From positions 48,856,001 through 48,920,000 of the forward strand of contig OX597820.1 in the NCBI GenBank assembly GCA_951406725.2: a stretch of DNA of 64,000 nt. Direction: 5' to 3'. The notes below the pieces were generated by a model, which had not been told where the DNA came from, made no database searches, and worked only from the letters and a program-made list of their open reading frames with translations. The DNA is from Octopus vulgaris. Its lineage: Eukaryota. Shown here piece after piece: positions 15,482 through 29,349 of this stretch (the first letter of the stretch is position 1; each line of letters begins with the position of its first letter). A program made the translations under genes and the position numbers.

Positions 15482-15548
15482 GTCTCCGATGAAGGGATAT
15501 TATTAATTATCATAAGAGATATATATATCCTAGAAACAGCTGTAAGAC
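15482..15548 (+). ncRNA. Type I hammerhead ribozyme motif (U4C core)
   Basis: GTCT-CCGATGA-A-GGGATAT..AT-rich loop..ATATCCT-A-GAAA-CAGCTG-TA/AGAC; palindromic helix III, GUA site; (TA)n about 55 nt downstream. Confidence 0.75.
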
Positions 15549-15601
15549 CTATCTATGAATGCTCTAATGTCTACACAGCCTTGTTTTTTTATCTTATTAA
15601 G

Positions 15602-15656
<55 letters not shown>

Positions 15657-15886
15657 CAAAATAAGCGACAAGGATATCCAGAGATAATGCAGTACGATAC
15701 TTTCAAAGAAATCCATTTAATTCAACAATGCAATCATTTCAGCAATTTAGATGCAGAGCAAACCTCAGCTGCATAAAGACATAGAATTTAAGTAAATTAA
15801 AAGAGATGGACACCTAAATTAAATTATAAAGAAGCTAAGGAGATAACCAAAGAACATTTTGCATTCACTTCAGCATAGAAGCTAAT

Positions 15887-15954
<68 letters not shown>

Positions 15955-17006
15955 ATGACAGATATATTTATATATTTAGATATAGATATACATGCATGTT
16001 CCCATACATAATGCATGCATACTTGTTTCACACATTTGACTGCATCCATGGGACACCATGTAAAAGAAATTTTAGTCGAATAAATCCCCCCGTGTACTTT
16101 GATTTTTTTAAAGCTTGGTACTTATTTTGTCGGTCTCGCTCTCACTTATATATGTGTGAGAATGTACTTGTTCTTTTCTACATATGTATGTTCGTGGAAT
16201 GTGTGCGTTTTAGATTAAAGGTACGACACCATTTAAATGTGTTTTCTTGCTAAAGGAGTTTTCACGTAATGAATATGTTAGTTTTGTTTTATAGGGCTTT
16301 TGATTTCTTCAAAGTACCGACCTTTCTGAGATTTCTCTTTTGTTTCTTCCTCTGGATGAAGTTGTTTATGATTTATTATCTCCCGGTCAGCTCCAAACTA
16401 CCAAGCGTAAAGTTCAAAGCCATTTAATCGCATTTCGGTTTTTTTTAGACATAGTGATTCCAAATCTATACAATCTATTACGTCTTCCTTCTGTTGTAGG
16501 GCGATTTCGAAAAGTTATAGCCTATAGTTTCTATTTTGAGAAGGCCATCAATCACACGGTCGTTATGTCGCTTCCTCGAAACAATTGTTTGTTAGTAAGT
16601 TCCTGCCTACAGTCAGCTCCTTTGTTTTTGTCTCAGTTAATGTGAATGCGTTTGATTCAACGAAATTTTGGTTGTAACTTCTACCACATAGAGTGGCTAC
16701 GAAGAGGCATCTTCATTGGGTTTTCTGTAAGGAGTAACTTATTATTATTGTAGAGAATGTAGGCCAATGACAATAGCGCTATGTAAATTTGGGCATTACA
16801 ACCAGGTTTGAATTTAGATTACCCTAATTTACTTGAAATGTATAATGTCGATGTCAGTTCCCACTGGCAGTCTTAAACTATTATTCATCCCCAAAGATTT
16901 TTAAAGCAATAAAAGATACGCTATTGTATATCACTTTATCTACTTTGAGTTCCACCATAATGTATAGATCTATACATAGCATTATGTATATATGTATATA
17001 TGTATA

Positions 17007-17042
<36 letters not shown>

Positions 17043-17044
<2 letters not shown>

Positions 17045-17124
17045 ATAAACATTTTCTGACCACATGGTGCCATATATATATATATATATATATATGGCAC
17101 CATGTGGTCAAAAAATGTTTATAA
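17043..17124. repeat. Near-perfect palindrome centred on (TA)n
   Basis: TTATAAACATTTTCTGACCACATGGTGCCA-(TA)n-TGGCACCATGTGGTCAAAAAATGTTTATAA, one mismatch. Confidence 0.92.
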
Positions 17125-17803
17125 TATTCCCATCCTACAAACTACAAAACTTACGTGGAATTGAGTGAAATTGAGAGAAAAGTCAGGGGAAAGAATTTTA
17201 TTGATAAATTTAAACCCGTTCAGTTATAGTAACAGGGATAATTACAATGATGATGATAATGATAATAAATACTATTACTATCATTCTGGCACTGCCAACG
17301 CTAAGAACAACAATAATATAAGTGGTGGGAGAATGTTGACCAACTGAACATTGATTCAATTGCGATAAAAATTCGTTGAGTAACAGTAGAATTCAATGCA
17401 AACAGGAGCGTTGTTTTCAACTCTCCAAGATATAGCCAAACAATTTTTTTAGGTACAGTCAAAGTAAAGAAACCTTGACGTGCCCACCAAATCGTAACGT
17501 CTAAGCCACATACTGTTTGACGGAAATACACTTAGAACTCAGTTGCCGCGGTCACCAAACCGTGACATCTAAGCCACATGCTAATTGATCAAAATACAAT
17601 TCGTAAGAATCAGCTTAATGGATCACGCTGGAGGGTAATTCCAACCATTTCACCACAATTGTCAGTTGTGGAGCATGATTGTCATTACATAAACCTAATG
17701 ATTTTGTAATGTATGAAAGTATTAGTTTATTTCAATATTATAAAATTGTAAAAATGGCAAATTATAAAACGTGAAAAGCTGACAAAGTTGGAATTTTATT
17801 GAT

Positions 17804-18370
17804 TGGTAAGAAGCTTACTTCCCAGTCACATGGTTTCGGGTTCAGTCCCCCTGCGTAGCACCTTGGACAGGTGATTTCTACTGTAGCCTCGGGCCGATCA
17901 AAGCCATTTAGTGGATTTGGTAGACAGAAACTGAAAGAAACCTAGGCGCAGAAGTGGGTTTGCAGTAAGTAGCTTGCTTTCCTACCTCATGGCTCCCGGT
18001 TCAGTCACACTGCGTGACACTTTAGGCAACCGTCTTCTTCTATAGCCTAGGGACCGACCAAAGCTTTGTGAGTGGATTTGGTAGACGGAAACTGAAAGAC
18101 GCCCGTCGTATATATATAGAAATATATGTTTGTGTGTCTGTGTTTGTCTCCCCCATCATCGCTTGACAACTGATGCTTTTTACGTCCCCCTAACATAGCG
18201 GTTTGGCAAAAAGAACCGGTAGAATAAGTACTAAGCTTACAAAGAATACGTTCTGGGGTCGATTTGTGTGCACGTGTGTATGTGTGTACGTCTGTGTTTG
18301 TACCCCTACCATTGCTTGACAACCAATGTTAGTATATGTAACATAGCATTTCGGCAAAAGCGACCGATAG
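17804..18370 (+). mobile_element. Two tandem SINE family 1 copies (second starts at 17945) with duplicated 3' domain
   Basis: Both match the 9385 head and body. Confidence 0.88.
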
Positions 18371-18373
18371 ATA

Positions 18374-18837
18374 CATAGAGACAATTATATCTTTGGAAGT
18401 AAAAATCTCAATAGTTGTCTTTATTTTTCATAAATACCTTCATATATACATGTGCACGCATACACTGATGTGGCTCGTTTTGGGGGACAATGCGCATTTG
18501 ATACATAATTTTAGTCCTTTTTAGTTTTGCTTTTTTACTTTTTTAAGAATTCCATAGTGGTAATGATATAAAGTATCAGGAAATGAGTTCGAATTTTGCC
18601 GGAATTTGATAAATTGATTGCTAAGCTTTTAGTAGAGAATTTGCGATTGGTTAATATCCAGTGATACACATTGTGTGCTATCAAAGCGAAAATTTGTCGC
18701 CAATTCCACTTTGATCAACCTGACATTTAGTCTGTCTGAGTAGGCACAAATGTACCAGCCAAGTATTGGGGTTTATTTAACCTACTGACCATGCTCTGCC
18801 TAAAAGTAATGACGAATAAAAGTAACAGAATAAAAGA

Positions 18838-18892
<55 letters not shown>

Positions 18893-19940
18893 TTCGTGAG
18901 ATTACTTAGCTAGTTGCATTTGACTCTCATCGCTTGATAACGAGAGTCGTATTGTTTACTTCATAGAAAATATTCTACACTTGAAATAATTTCTTGCACC
19001 GTTTTTATGGACTAAATATTTGAAGGTGATATTCCTGCTTAGATGCAAATAGTTGGTTGAATGAAGCAGATGGATAAACGAACGTAAGAATAAATATATA
19101 AATATTCACAAATGTGATAGTTATTGTATGTTTATTCGAACATTTAGTAGCAACAGCTACACCTTATTGCAATTATTCAGAAAGACACATGATACTGGTG
19201 GAAACAGAATATCGACGTTGAAAGAGTTTAGTAGAAAGTCATCCAAGTAAATGTAAATATTTTACAATGTATGTAGATAAAGTTTATAGAATATAAAGTA
19301 TTAAAAATAATAATGCTTTTATTTGAGCGATATGAATATATTATTTATGACACCTTCACAGAGAATGACAAATTAAATTTTAATACTTTTTCCTATTAAA
19401 TTCGTCTGATATATAATTTTCTGAAAAAGCAATATATCGATATAGGTCATGACTTATTGAAAGACTGTCTTCATTCAAACTGTGTGTTGACAGTGGGGTC
19501 ATCAGGCCAATAATGATATCACACACACCGGTTCAATATCTCTTCTATTACATAAATTAGATAATTGTTAGTCAATTAACCAATACTTGGCTGGTACATT
19601 TTTAGCGACCCGGACAGATAAAATGCATGGTTGATCAAAGTGGAATTGACAACAGATTTTCGCATTGATGTCACTAGAACCAATAAATTTATCAAAATCC
19701 GGCAAAATTCGAACTAATTTCCAGAAACTTTATATCACTATCATTATGGAAATTTCAAATAAGTAAAAAACAAACCAAAAATAAAAAAAAACTGAAATTT
19801 TCTATCAAATTCTTACTACCTCATAGTTCCTCAAAACGAGGTGCACAACTATATTCGTGCACATGTATATATGAAGTTATCAATGAAAACTAAAATCAAC
19901 TAGCGAAATGTAAACTTCCAGATATATAATTGACTTTATG
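18374..19940. mobile_element. Non-autonomous DNA transposon with ~250-bp imperfect TIRs and TA flanks
   Basis: 18374-18620 is the reverse complement of 19681-19940 (e.g. GAGTTCGAATTTTGCCGGAATTTGATAAATT / AATTTATCAAAATCCGGCAAAATTCGAACT); ends TA|CATAGAGACAAT...ATTGACTTTATG|TA. Confidence 0.8.
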
Positions 19941-20303
19941 TATATAATAAGAGGAATATAGAAAGATGCCAAACTTAGTAAATTTTCTTTGTGATATTCT
20001 AGTTTCCTCCATATTTAAGTGTATTTCTTCGACATTACCTTTCTTTATTTTTCGCTTCAAATTACTTTTATTTGTCTTTCTTTATATGTGTGCGTGTATA
20101 TATATTTACATATACATGGAAAAGTATATGTGTGCGTGAATATAGGTATGTGTGTGTGTATCATTCATCTTTCCCTTTCTCCCCCATTTGATTTGATTTT
20201 TCATTTGTTTCCAAATTATTTTCTGTGAGTAGGCGCGTGATTGTTGATAAGAACTAAATATATTGTAGCTAATGAATCTATATTACCATGCAGTATCTAT
20301 CTG

Positions 20304-20371
<68 letters not shown>

Positions 20372-20739
20372 CATAATACACATAGATATGTGTGTTAATG
20401 TATACATATATATATATATGTATATACATATACACACTCACGCGCACACACACACACACACACATATATATATACATAATACATTGATTAAATGGCAGTC
20501 ATAATACGTACATTTATAGATAAAAATACGCAGACCTCTTTATAAGCAAAAGTATCAGATTACCTATATATATACATAGATAAATCAACATTTAAGCGCG
20601 TGCGCAGAAATGAGTGTGTGTGTGTGTACATGCGTGCCTGAGTATGAGCATATGCCTATCTCTTTGTTTTTGCACGCGTATGTTTGTACCTATGTGTTTG
20701 CTTAAAAAGCCTATTGTAAATAATGTTATACCAACATTA

Positions 20740-20839
20740 GTATATATATTATATATATATATATACATACATGCGTATATGTATTATATTAAATATATAT
20801 ATATATATATAATATATTTAATATATCTATATATATATA

Positions 20840-20880
<41 letters not shown>

Positions 20881-21009
20881 ATATATATAATATATATATA
20901 TATATCTATAAATATAATATATATAATATATATATATAATATATATAGTATATATAATATATCTATATATATAAAATATCTATAGTATATATATATATAT
21001 ATATATATA

Positions 21010-21041
<32 letters not shown>
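20740..21041. repeat. Degenerate (TA)n tract
   Basis: Directly visible. Confidence 0.92.
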
Positions 21042-21044
<3 letters not shown>

Positions 21045-22762
21045 CTTATACATCTTCAAAGTGGTGTATAATTTTGGCAGATAACCTCTCTATTTATTGT
21101 TCTTTCATTGTATATTTTTTATATACTTTCCTTTCAGTTTTTTTTATTCTCTTTTTTGTCTCATCTGTTAAATTGACCGAAAATTCTTGGCCTGCAGTAA
21201 CCTACGGGTGACCAGGCAGTTTTAAACGAAGAGATCGAAAAAAATATATTGTATAAACGTACCGCCTGCAGGAGGTCTTAAAATAAGAATGCAAAAAAGA
21301 TAACAACCCTGTAATGGCAATCAGAATGTATTTCTATACAATTAATGTAAACGTAGCGTTTAAATGAATAGGATATAAATACAGGGTAAAAAAGTAGAGA
21401 GGAAATTGTATGGGCCATCTTTGTTTCATGCCTGGTTTCATTTATCTATATTTTTCTATTATTTTCACTTAGAGTTGCTTTTTTTCTATACTTTCCATCC
21501 AAAGTCACGTTTTGTATTAATATGTGGAAAAAATGGAGTTACAATTGGCCGTGTTCGTTAGGCGCCCGGCTATTCGATATATTTTTAGGTTCGTATCATT
21601 TTAATGGTATCCGTGATAGGATATCATTGGGCAATGAATTCATTTAACTTTCTGAAATCCAAGAAATATTTACGTAAACAGGTATGGTAGTAAAAAGCAA
21701 CTCAGTCTCGCAGTAGAATATCATTCTAAAATTTAGATGTTTCTCAAAGGACCTTACCTAATGTTTTAGAAGGTGCTTGTGGATAGGTGATTACTCCCAT
21801 TGTTTGAATCGTATCTCACTAGAGTCACTGCTTAGTGACATTGACTGAACGACCCAATGCACTTAAAGTGGGTACCTCAGATTTACATAACCCTAAACTG
21901 CTCAACATTTAGTCAAATGATACATGATATATTGACATCATTCCAATAGTGTAAGTTACTAATTCTGACCTCAGCACTTCGAGTAATTCTTCCTGAAAGA
22001 TAATCCCATTTAACGATAACAACACTTTCCTGCTTGAAAGAGTCAGGAAAAGTCTGGTAACATCTTAGGTTCCGTGGCACATTTTCTGATTGAATAATAA
22101 AAAAATACCTATACTCTCTAAAACTACGACTAGCAACATAACACTGACTGCAAGAGTAGCTACGGATCCATTACAGAGTCAATCGAGCTGTTAGAAAGAG
22201 AAGTTAAATCTCCATGAATTCATAACATATTATCATACGAAAATGAACGACTCATGGGATGAAGGAATATCTTGAAACAAAAGACAACTAGGTCATGGCT
22301 GCATACATTTAAATACAGAAATGCTCAATAGAACCTTACTTGGTGTCGAAACATCAGCACAAAGTAGCGATGGCAATAATAGACACGGCGAAACAATAAA
22401 AAAAAATCAACACCGCATTCATCATCATTGTATGAAATGAATGCACACACTCACACATGCATGCACACATTCACGCATTGATACACGCATATGCATGCAA
22501 ATCAGAGGCTCGAGGGTGTCAAGCATCCATTTGATCTTTTTAATAGGCACACTTCTCCAAGTGACCGTGATAATTGTTTTACCGTTATTTTTTTTACGCA
22601 TACTAAGTCACTCATATTATCATTAAAAATAATGTCTTCTTATATATTTAAATATTTTTATTCACATCGATCACCTTTTTTTAATTTTCTGCGGCATTAA
22701 AAAACGATCATCGTACACATTGGTGAGGTGAATAATCTCCATAATCCCGGGGTCAGTAAGAA

Positions 22763-22816
22763 TGGCTGAAGATGAACTAAGACTTTTTTCTCAGAGTTCG
22801 AAATCACGGTGATACA
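22763..22816 (+). ncRNA. Type I hammerhead ribozyme motif (canonical core, weak helix I)
   Basis: TGG-CTGAAGA-T-GAACT..AGTTC-GAAA-TCAC(G)GTGA-TA/CA; palindromic helix III. Confidence 0.6.
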
Positions 22817-24318
22817 GGCACATCTTGCTTTTTCAATTTTTAATTATTTTCATCATTTGCCCCCTTTCACGTTTGTGATTAAGTGAAAACTTGTGGTTTG
22901 GTAATTTTGACTGCTATTCTTAGCATGCCGGTACTGCTTGTTAGTACACTTACTTATTAATTGATCATTTCTTACCGCTATGGGTTTTTCACGCATGCTA
23001 CTCTACTGATTTTTTTATTCACCATAATAAATTCATATATATTATACATATGCATATTTACTTTCCCTTTGAGCTGTTTCATCTTTCATTTCGTCATACA
23101 AGAATTTTATTAGTTTAACTGGTCTCTTCTAGAGACAAGTTAGGCAGTTAGAAACATTAAAATTAAGCGAAGAACCTAGCTGAATATCAGAATGGTACAT
23201 TATTTACCAGAAAAAGCAAAGTTGATATATATATAGCGGTTACTGAAGGACAAAGTGATCCGCAAAGTCCGAAGTCTGCATTCTGATGCAAAGTTCAAAT
23301 TCTGCAATCGCTCCAATCTTTCCCGCATCACAAGTCGCCGACTTCAAGGCAGACAGGAATTTTGGAATTCATGATATAGTTACTCTTGAATGCGTTCACC
23401 TGCGATTCAACCCCTGCCCCAGCATTTCCATCATTACACTCGTGACTGGGCCAAAGTCACAGTATCACTCTTCTCAGAACTTGTGTTGCATACCGTCAAA
23501 TTTATGATTTATCATATACGTATTTTGCTTTGCCAATTACTTTTGGGAACATAGACGATTCATACCACTACTACTTACGCCAGCGAACATATCTTCTCTA
23601 TTTCAGCTCTACAGGCCTTTTCATCACTTTCTTGTCAGTGTGCGCCATCTCCGTGCACTATGGATCCACATTCTCCAGGAAAAGGAGTAAACAACATTTA
23701 TATGCCAAAATGGTACCATGTCCTCAATTGGTTTATAATGAAAGTTTTTTATCTTCTACACTAACACTTCCTCTGAGTTTATTAACCATTTTTAAAAATC
23801 AAACTTCAATCTCACCTAAACTTCTCTTCATCTCACTCTGAACATCAACCACTAAATCTCCCTATCGCCTCTATTGTGTACATGCCCAGCAATCGTACAG
23901 CAAATTATAGTCAATCTATTTGCTAAGTACTGAACCGGTCAACATCTTAGTTATAATAATAATTACAACAAACCTATGAATGTAGTGCTATTTAATTTAA
24001 AGTTTGTATGCAAAAAAAAAAAAAATAGCATTTGAATTCCCAATAAGACGGTTGTTTTTGTATATTCGACTTTCAGTGTCTAGCTTTAAAACTAATATAT
24101 ATATAATCTAGTATTAATTCTCTAAAACCTCTTTCTGTTGTTCTCAAATGATGATAGCACTCTGTATGAATAGGTGGCCGAGAAAATCACAATAGTTTTT
24201 CGTGTAAATATATGCAGTATGTATTTTTACATGTACAATTTACATCCCATGTTGAATCTATATTGCCTTAGACAGACTTGTACATTCATCACGTATATAT
24301 GCATATATATGCACACAC

Positions 24319-24356
<38 letters not shown>

Positions 24357-24799
24357 ATATATATGTGTGTGTGTGTGTGTGTGTGCGTGGTTGTGTCTAT
24401 ATCTATAAGTATAACAGTCTAAAACACACGCATATGTACTTCTATGTTATTATACAAATTTTCGATTTGATGACAGAGAAAATATTATCAAATAAGCCAT
24501 ACCATACACAGAAACTATACACTCGGTCATATACATATTCACCACACCTGCACATGGGCATATGTATAGACACATACATACGAGCAAGGACCAAAAATAT
24601 ACATACAACAATACAATTACACAAAAGCATGCCTAGACATATATCTGCAAATTATTGTTTTAGTGTTATGTCTACATTGGGAACTCTGTAATCGTTGGTC
24701 CATATATATATATATATATACGTATATACACGAACATATATGCTCATAAGTACGTACTTATGCATACAAACACAAATAGACACATATAGACATACGCTC

Positions 24800-25047
<248 letters not shown>

Positions 25048-25337
25048 GAGCGTATGTATTTGGTACTACGAGTAGGTGTAAGAGTAAATCAGATTCATAG
25101 AGATCAAACGAATTTCCCAATTCTAAAACCCGATTCCTGCAACATAGCAATCAACATGAAAGCATTATACCAGCCGTGCCCACACATTACACATACACTG
25201 CATTGATTATTGTTTGATGTCTCTTGATTGTTGATGAAAGTATCAAGTAGTTCGTTCGATAGACAAATCTGATATTCTGCATCGGATTTTAGGATTTTAG
25301 ACGAGGAAACTTTCATACAGGGATAATTTATACGTAT

Positions 25338-25379
<42 letters not shown>

Positions 25380-25488
25380 GTGTGTGTATAGACATACATA
25401 TGTATGTATATATATATTTATGTATATATGTATACATATATATACGTATGTGTATATATGCATATACACACACATATGCATGCACACA

Positions 25489-25529
<41 letters not shown>

Positions 25530-26735
25530 TATATGGATGTACACATTTTTTTTCGGAGAGAATTATGTTTTCAATACAATGCAACCAAGATTACAGCGCA
25601 TCAATAGGGATTAAGCATTACAGGAAGTATCTGTATCTGTGAATCAGGCACGTTTGCATTTTACAGCGTGATTATAATGGAAATCCTTCGTGGCCAAAGA
25701 AACCAACTACCCAGTGGTTAGTACCCTGATTGTGACAAGTTTATCGTTTAACTTGGAAGATTATATTGTACACATCAGCAATCAGACACAACGGACCATG
25801 AGAACCAGTTTTAGGATATTTGCTTTCTATAGAACATGCACAAAGTCATTACACAGATTGAAGAAACTAGCTTGAAAATCCTTTTCCCCACTGACGAACG
25901 ACACTCTACTAAAACTTTCATTAAATTACGTACAAATACGGGATCTCATATGGTGACTCACATATATAACATTGGCAAAACAGTATTACTAAAAATATTT
26001 AACTTTTTTATTTATAGTCAGGAAAGTCTGCAATCCCCATCAGTTGTTTAACCTTTACAAAGCTTAAAGAAAATGTTCAATGGTTATATTGATTGCACAA
26101 ATGGAATGATGATCTTGCTTCTGTTGCTACTACAGACATACAGTCTTTCCTACACGCAAAATTCTGTAGGACTCTTCTCTTTCTTTCTTACGCTATCACT
26201 TTTCCCTTATAATTTACTGTTAGAACTACAGTTCCTGTTCTGAATTGCTTGTTCAATACATTTTCCTCACTCACCTCCAACCAACACTTTTCTACGACAC
26301 CTTATTCTAACTGGGTTGCATTTAAGTGTTAATTGATCTGTTTGAAATAGTACCTAAATATTTGTAAAATCACACAGAACGTCTTAAACATGGAAAAACA
26401 AAGACGGCAAAGTGTCGTTGGATTCACGATTTCTAAATTACACATAAAGTAACGATCGCTGGAATTATAAATTGCCTAATTCTAGTCAGTCAGATACTAC
26501 TCAGAGTAAAAAAAATAATAGAGCATTTTATTATTGTTTTTTTTTCCTGTCTCATACAACGGCTTCATCTCTAATGATTACATAAGTACATTGACTTAGA
26601 ATCAAATCAAAATTAGAAGGCGATAAAAATAGAAGTAGATACACAAAAATATAAGCTCTTAGTCATACACACGCGTATTTCTAATAACACATACATGAAT
26701 ACATATCTATATATATATATAAATATAAATATATA

Positions 26736-26794
<59 letters not shown>

Positions 26795-26819
26795 TACAGG
26801 ACAATCAGTAATTTGTCAT

Positions 26820-26873
26820 AATAGGACTCAGAGTTTCAAATACCGGAGCTTCTGGGCATTTTCCTCAGCCATT
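26820..26873 (-). ncRNA. Type I hammerhead ribozyme motif (canonical core, GUC site)
   Basis: Minus strand: AATGG-CTGAGGA-AAATGCC(CAGAAGCTCC)GGTATTT-GAAA-CTC(T)GAG-TC/CTATT; all three helices pair; (TA)n about 28 nt downstream. Confidence 0.85.
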
Positions 26874-27442
26874 GAGACGATATGAAAAAAAACCCGTTGA
26901 ATAAAATGTTACTCTAATAGGCATGAAAAAATTATAAAAGATATAAAATATAAAAGATATAAAAGCTACATAATTTTTTTTTTAATATAAAAAATACACG
27001 CAACCACATTCACAATTAGAACTTGACAAATGAATATATAAAAACGTAAACAATATCCATATATGCACACTTACATTCGCACTCACTGCATATATGAATA
27101 TACATATATGTACATACACATATGCACGCATATGCATATACATATATATGTATGAATATACGCATATATGTATACGCAAATTCATCTCACATAGATATAT
27201 GCCTACATTTATATAAATAAATATACACATACACAAACATTAACGTACATATATATGCACAATCGTACGTATATGAATATACGTAAACGTACATTCACAC
27301 ACATACATATACACGCATATGCATATATATGCATAAATATATACACACATACATACATATGCAACTTCATCCTTACAAGTATATACCTACATTTATATAG
27401 ACATTGATACATATATACACATACACAAGCATAAACTTATAA

Positions 27443-27501
<59 letters not shown>

Positions 27502-27502
<1 letters not shown>

Positions 27503-28278
27503 TAGCAGCATAGCCCGGCGCTGCCCGGGTATGTAAGAGCCCCTAGTGGGCAACGACTAATCCCAATCTAGTCCTTTCCCTCTAGGGAACGAAGGCGCAC
27601 GTGTAGGTTGCAATGTCTTCTCTTCACTCCCAAATAACTATCAAACAGCTATCGATAATTCAACCCAACCAATTCCTACCAGGAAGAAATTACATTTGAG
27701 ACTTTACCCCCAACACTTCTGCTAATAGCTGCTGCAGCCGCAAGTTATACGAATCCTTTTTTTGTTTACACTTTCTTTATAACTACCACACCAAACGTTT
27801 TACCTTAAATTTTTGACGTACCCTAAGGGTCCTCGGACGCTACTTGCAAACTCTTGGTTTATTATAAACCGCTTTTGTCGTGTGCACCAAAAAAACCTTT
27901 TCCTTTCGTTTGTTCAGTTTGGTCACTTTTGACTTTTTCGTTGTTGTCACTCACATTGCTGCCCGCTTTTTTGCCGTTTTTGTACATTTGTATACATTTT
28001 GGGATACTTACCCCACGTGTTCCGAGAGTTAAAAAGGTTGAGTTGCGTCCCCTAGACTGTCTGTAGAAAATGTGTTGCATATAAAAGGATTAGATTCTCG
28101 ACCCATGTCGAATTTATCGATTTTTTTTCAGAACTGGGGGAACTTTTCAAAATTTTCGTTGCGTTAGTTTTGAATTATGACATTGGGCTATGTGTGTGTC
28201 AAGTTTCATCAGAATCGGTTGAAAGCCGTGGTTAGGGTGAGGGTACAACCTGACAGACACACAGACAGACAAACTGCC

Positions 28279-28283
<5 letters not shown>
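27502..28283 (-). mobile_element. Non-autonomous Helitron (Lep1/Helentron-like)
   Basis: Minus-strand 3' end is hairpin CCCGG(GCAGCG)CCGGG, 8 nt, then CTAG|T. The other end has AAGTTTCATCAGAATCGGTTG..(GACA)n, which I recognise as typical of Lep1-like elements. Confidence 0.75.
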
Positions 28284-28325
<42 letters not shown>

Positions 28326-28622
28326 GATAAGAGTAAATAATTTCTATAAAGGCTTTTAAAAAAACCCCAATTATTTACTGGTAGAATTCGGTATGTAAAT
28401 ATAGCCGATTACCGGCAGGAACTTCTGTAAAGTTCAGTATATATATTGTATATAAGAAAAAGGGACAGGCAAAACAGGTTGCTTGACCGCATACCGAAAA
28501 AATAGAAATAGCAGTCAAGAATGCTTATTTCTATCAAAGTTGGACTCCGGGCATGACAGACCCTGTAATTCACATATGCAAAACAGAAGGAATAGATAAC
28601 GAATACGAAGTCTGGCGGTTAT

Positions 28623-28733
28623 CTGTGAACATCATGTTTCTGGATTATAAACATATTGAATATATATTCCATATATTTTTTATATATATTTCATATATAT
28701 TGCATATATATTTCACATCCTTCTTCAGCACAG
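28623..28733 (-). ncRNA. Type I hammerhead ribozyme, copy A (downstream in transcript)
   Basis: Minus strand: CTGTG-CTGAAGA-A-GGAT..~70-nt AU-rich loop..ATCC-A-GAAA-CAT(G)ATG-TT/CACAG; predicted cut between 28628 and 28627. Confidence 0.8.
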
Positions 28734-29238
28734 CTTTCCATTGAAAAAGATTTATCATAGATTTATCAAATGCTACGTACCTCAAACCTTCTGACCATGC
28801 GACATCAAAATATTTGAAGAAAGTGAGCAAAGGCTAAACCTACATAGACGTTTGAATTCATAAATCTTCCCTCCAAAATTTTGCCATGCGCATTACAGTT
28901 AGGTTGTCAAAGGGAGTGAAAAATCCAAATAGTAATATAATGATAAGAGTAAATAATTTCTATAAAGGCTTTTAAAAAAACCCCAATTATTTACTGGTAG
29001 AATTCGGTATGTAAATATAGCCGATTACCGGCAGGAACTTCTGTAAAGTTCAGTATATATATTGTATATAAGAAAAAGGGACAGGCAAAACAGGTTGCTT
29101 GACCGCATACCGAAAAAATAGAAATAGCAGTCAAGAATGCTTATTTCTATCAAAGTTGGACTCCGGGCATGACAGACCCTGTAATTCACATATGCAAAAC
29201 AGAAGGAATAGATAACGAATACGAAGTCTGGCGGTTAT

Positions 29239-29349
29239 CTGTGAACATCATGTTTCTGGATTATAAACATATTGAATATATATTCCATATATTTTTTATA
29301 TATATTTCATATATATTGCATATATATTTCACATCCTTCTTCAGCACAG
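29239..29349 (-). ncRNA. Type I hammerhead ribozyme, copy B (upstream in transcript)
   Basis: Same sequence as copy A, shifted by 616; predicted cut between 29244 and 29243. Confidence 0.8.

Noticed and set aside
16260-16745. Possible decayed Dong/R4 LINE next to a short (ATT)n
   Set aside because: Only vague resemblance; no diagnostic motif readable.
23240-23290. CTGAA-GGAC..GTCC-GAAG
   Set aside because: Core incomplete; runs into a degenerate SINE B-box region.
23640-23900. Possible decayed RTE fragment
   Set aside because: Too degenerate to support.
28645-28830. Short ORFs in the 616-bp unit
   Set aside because: About 60 aa, run through the AT-rich loop, no recognisable domain.
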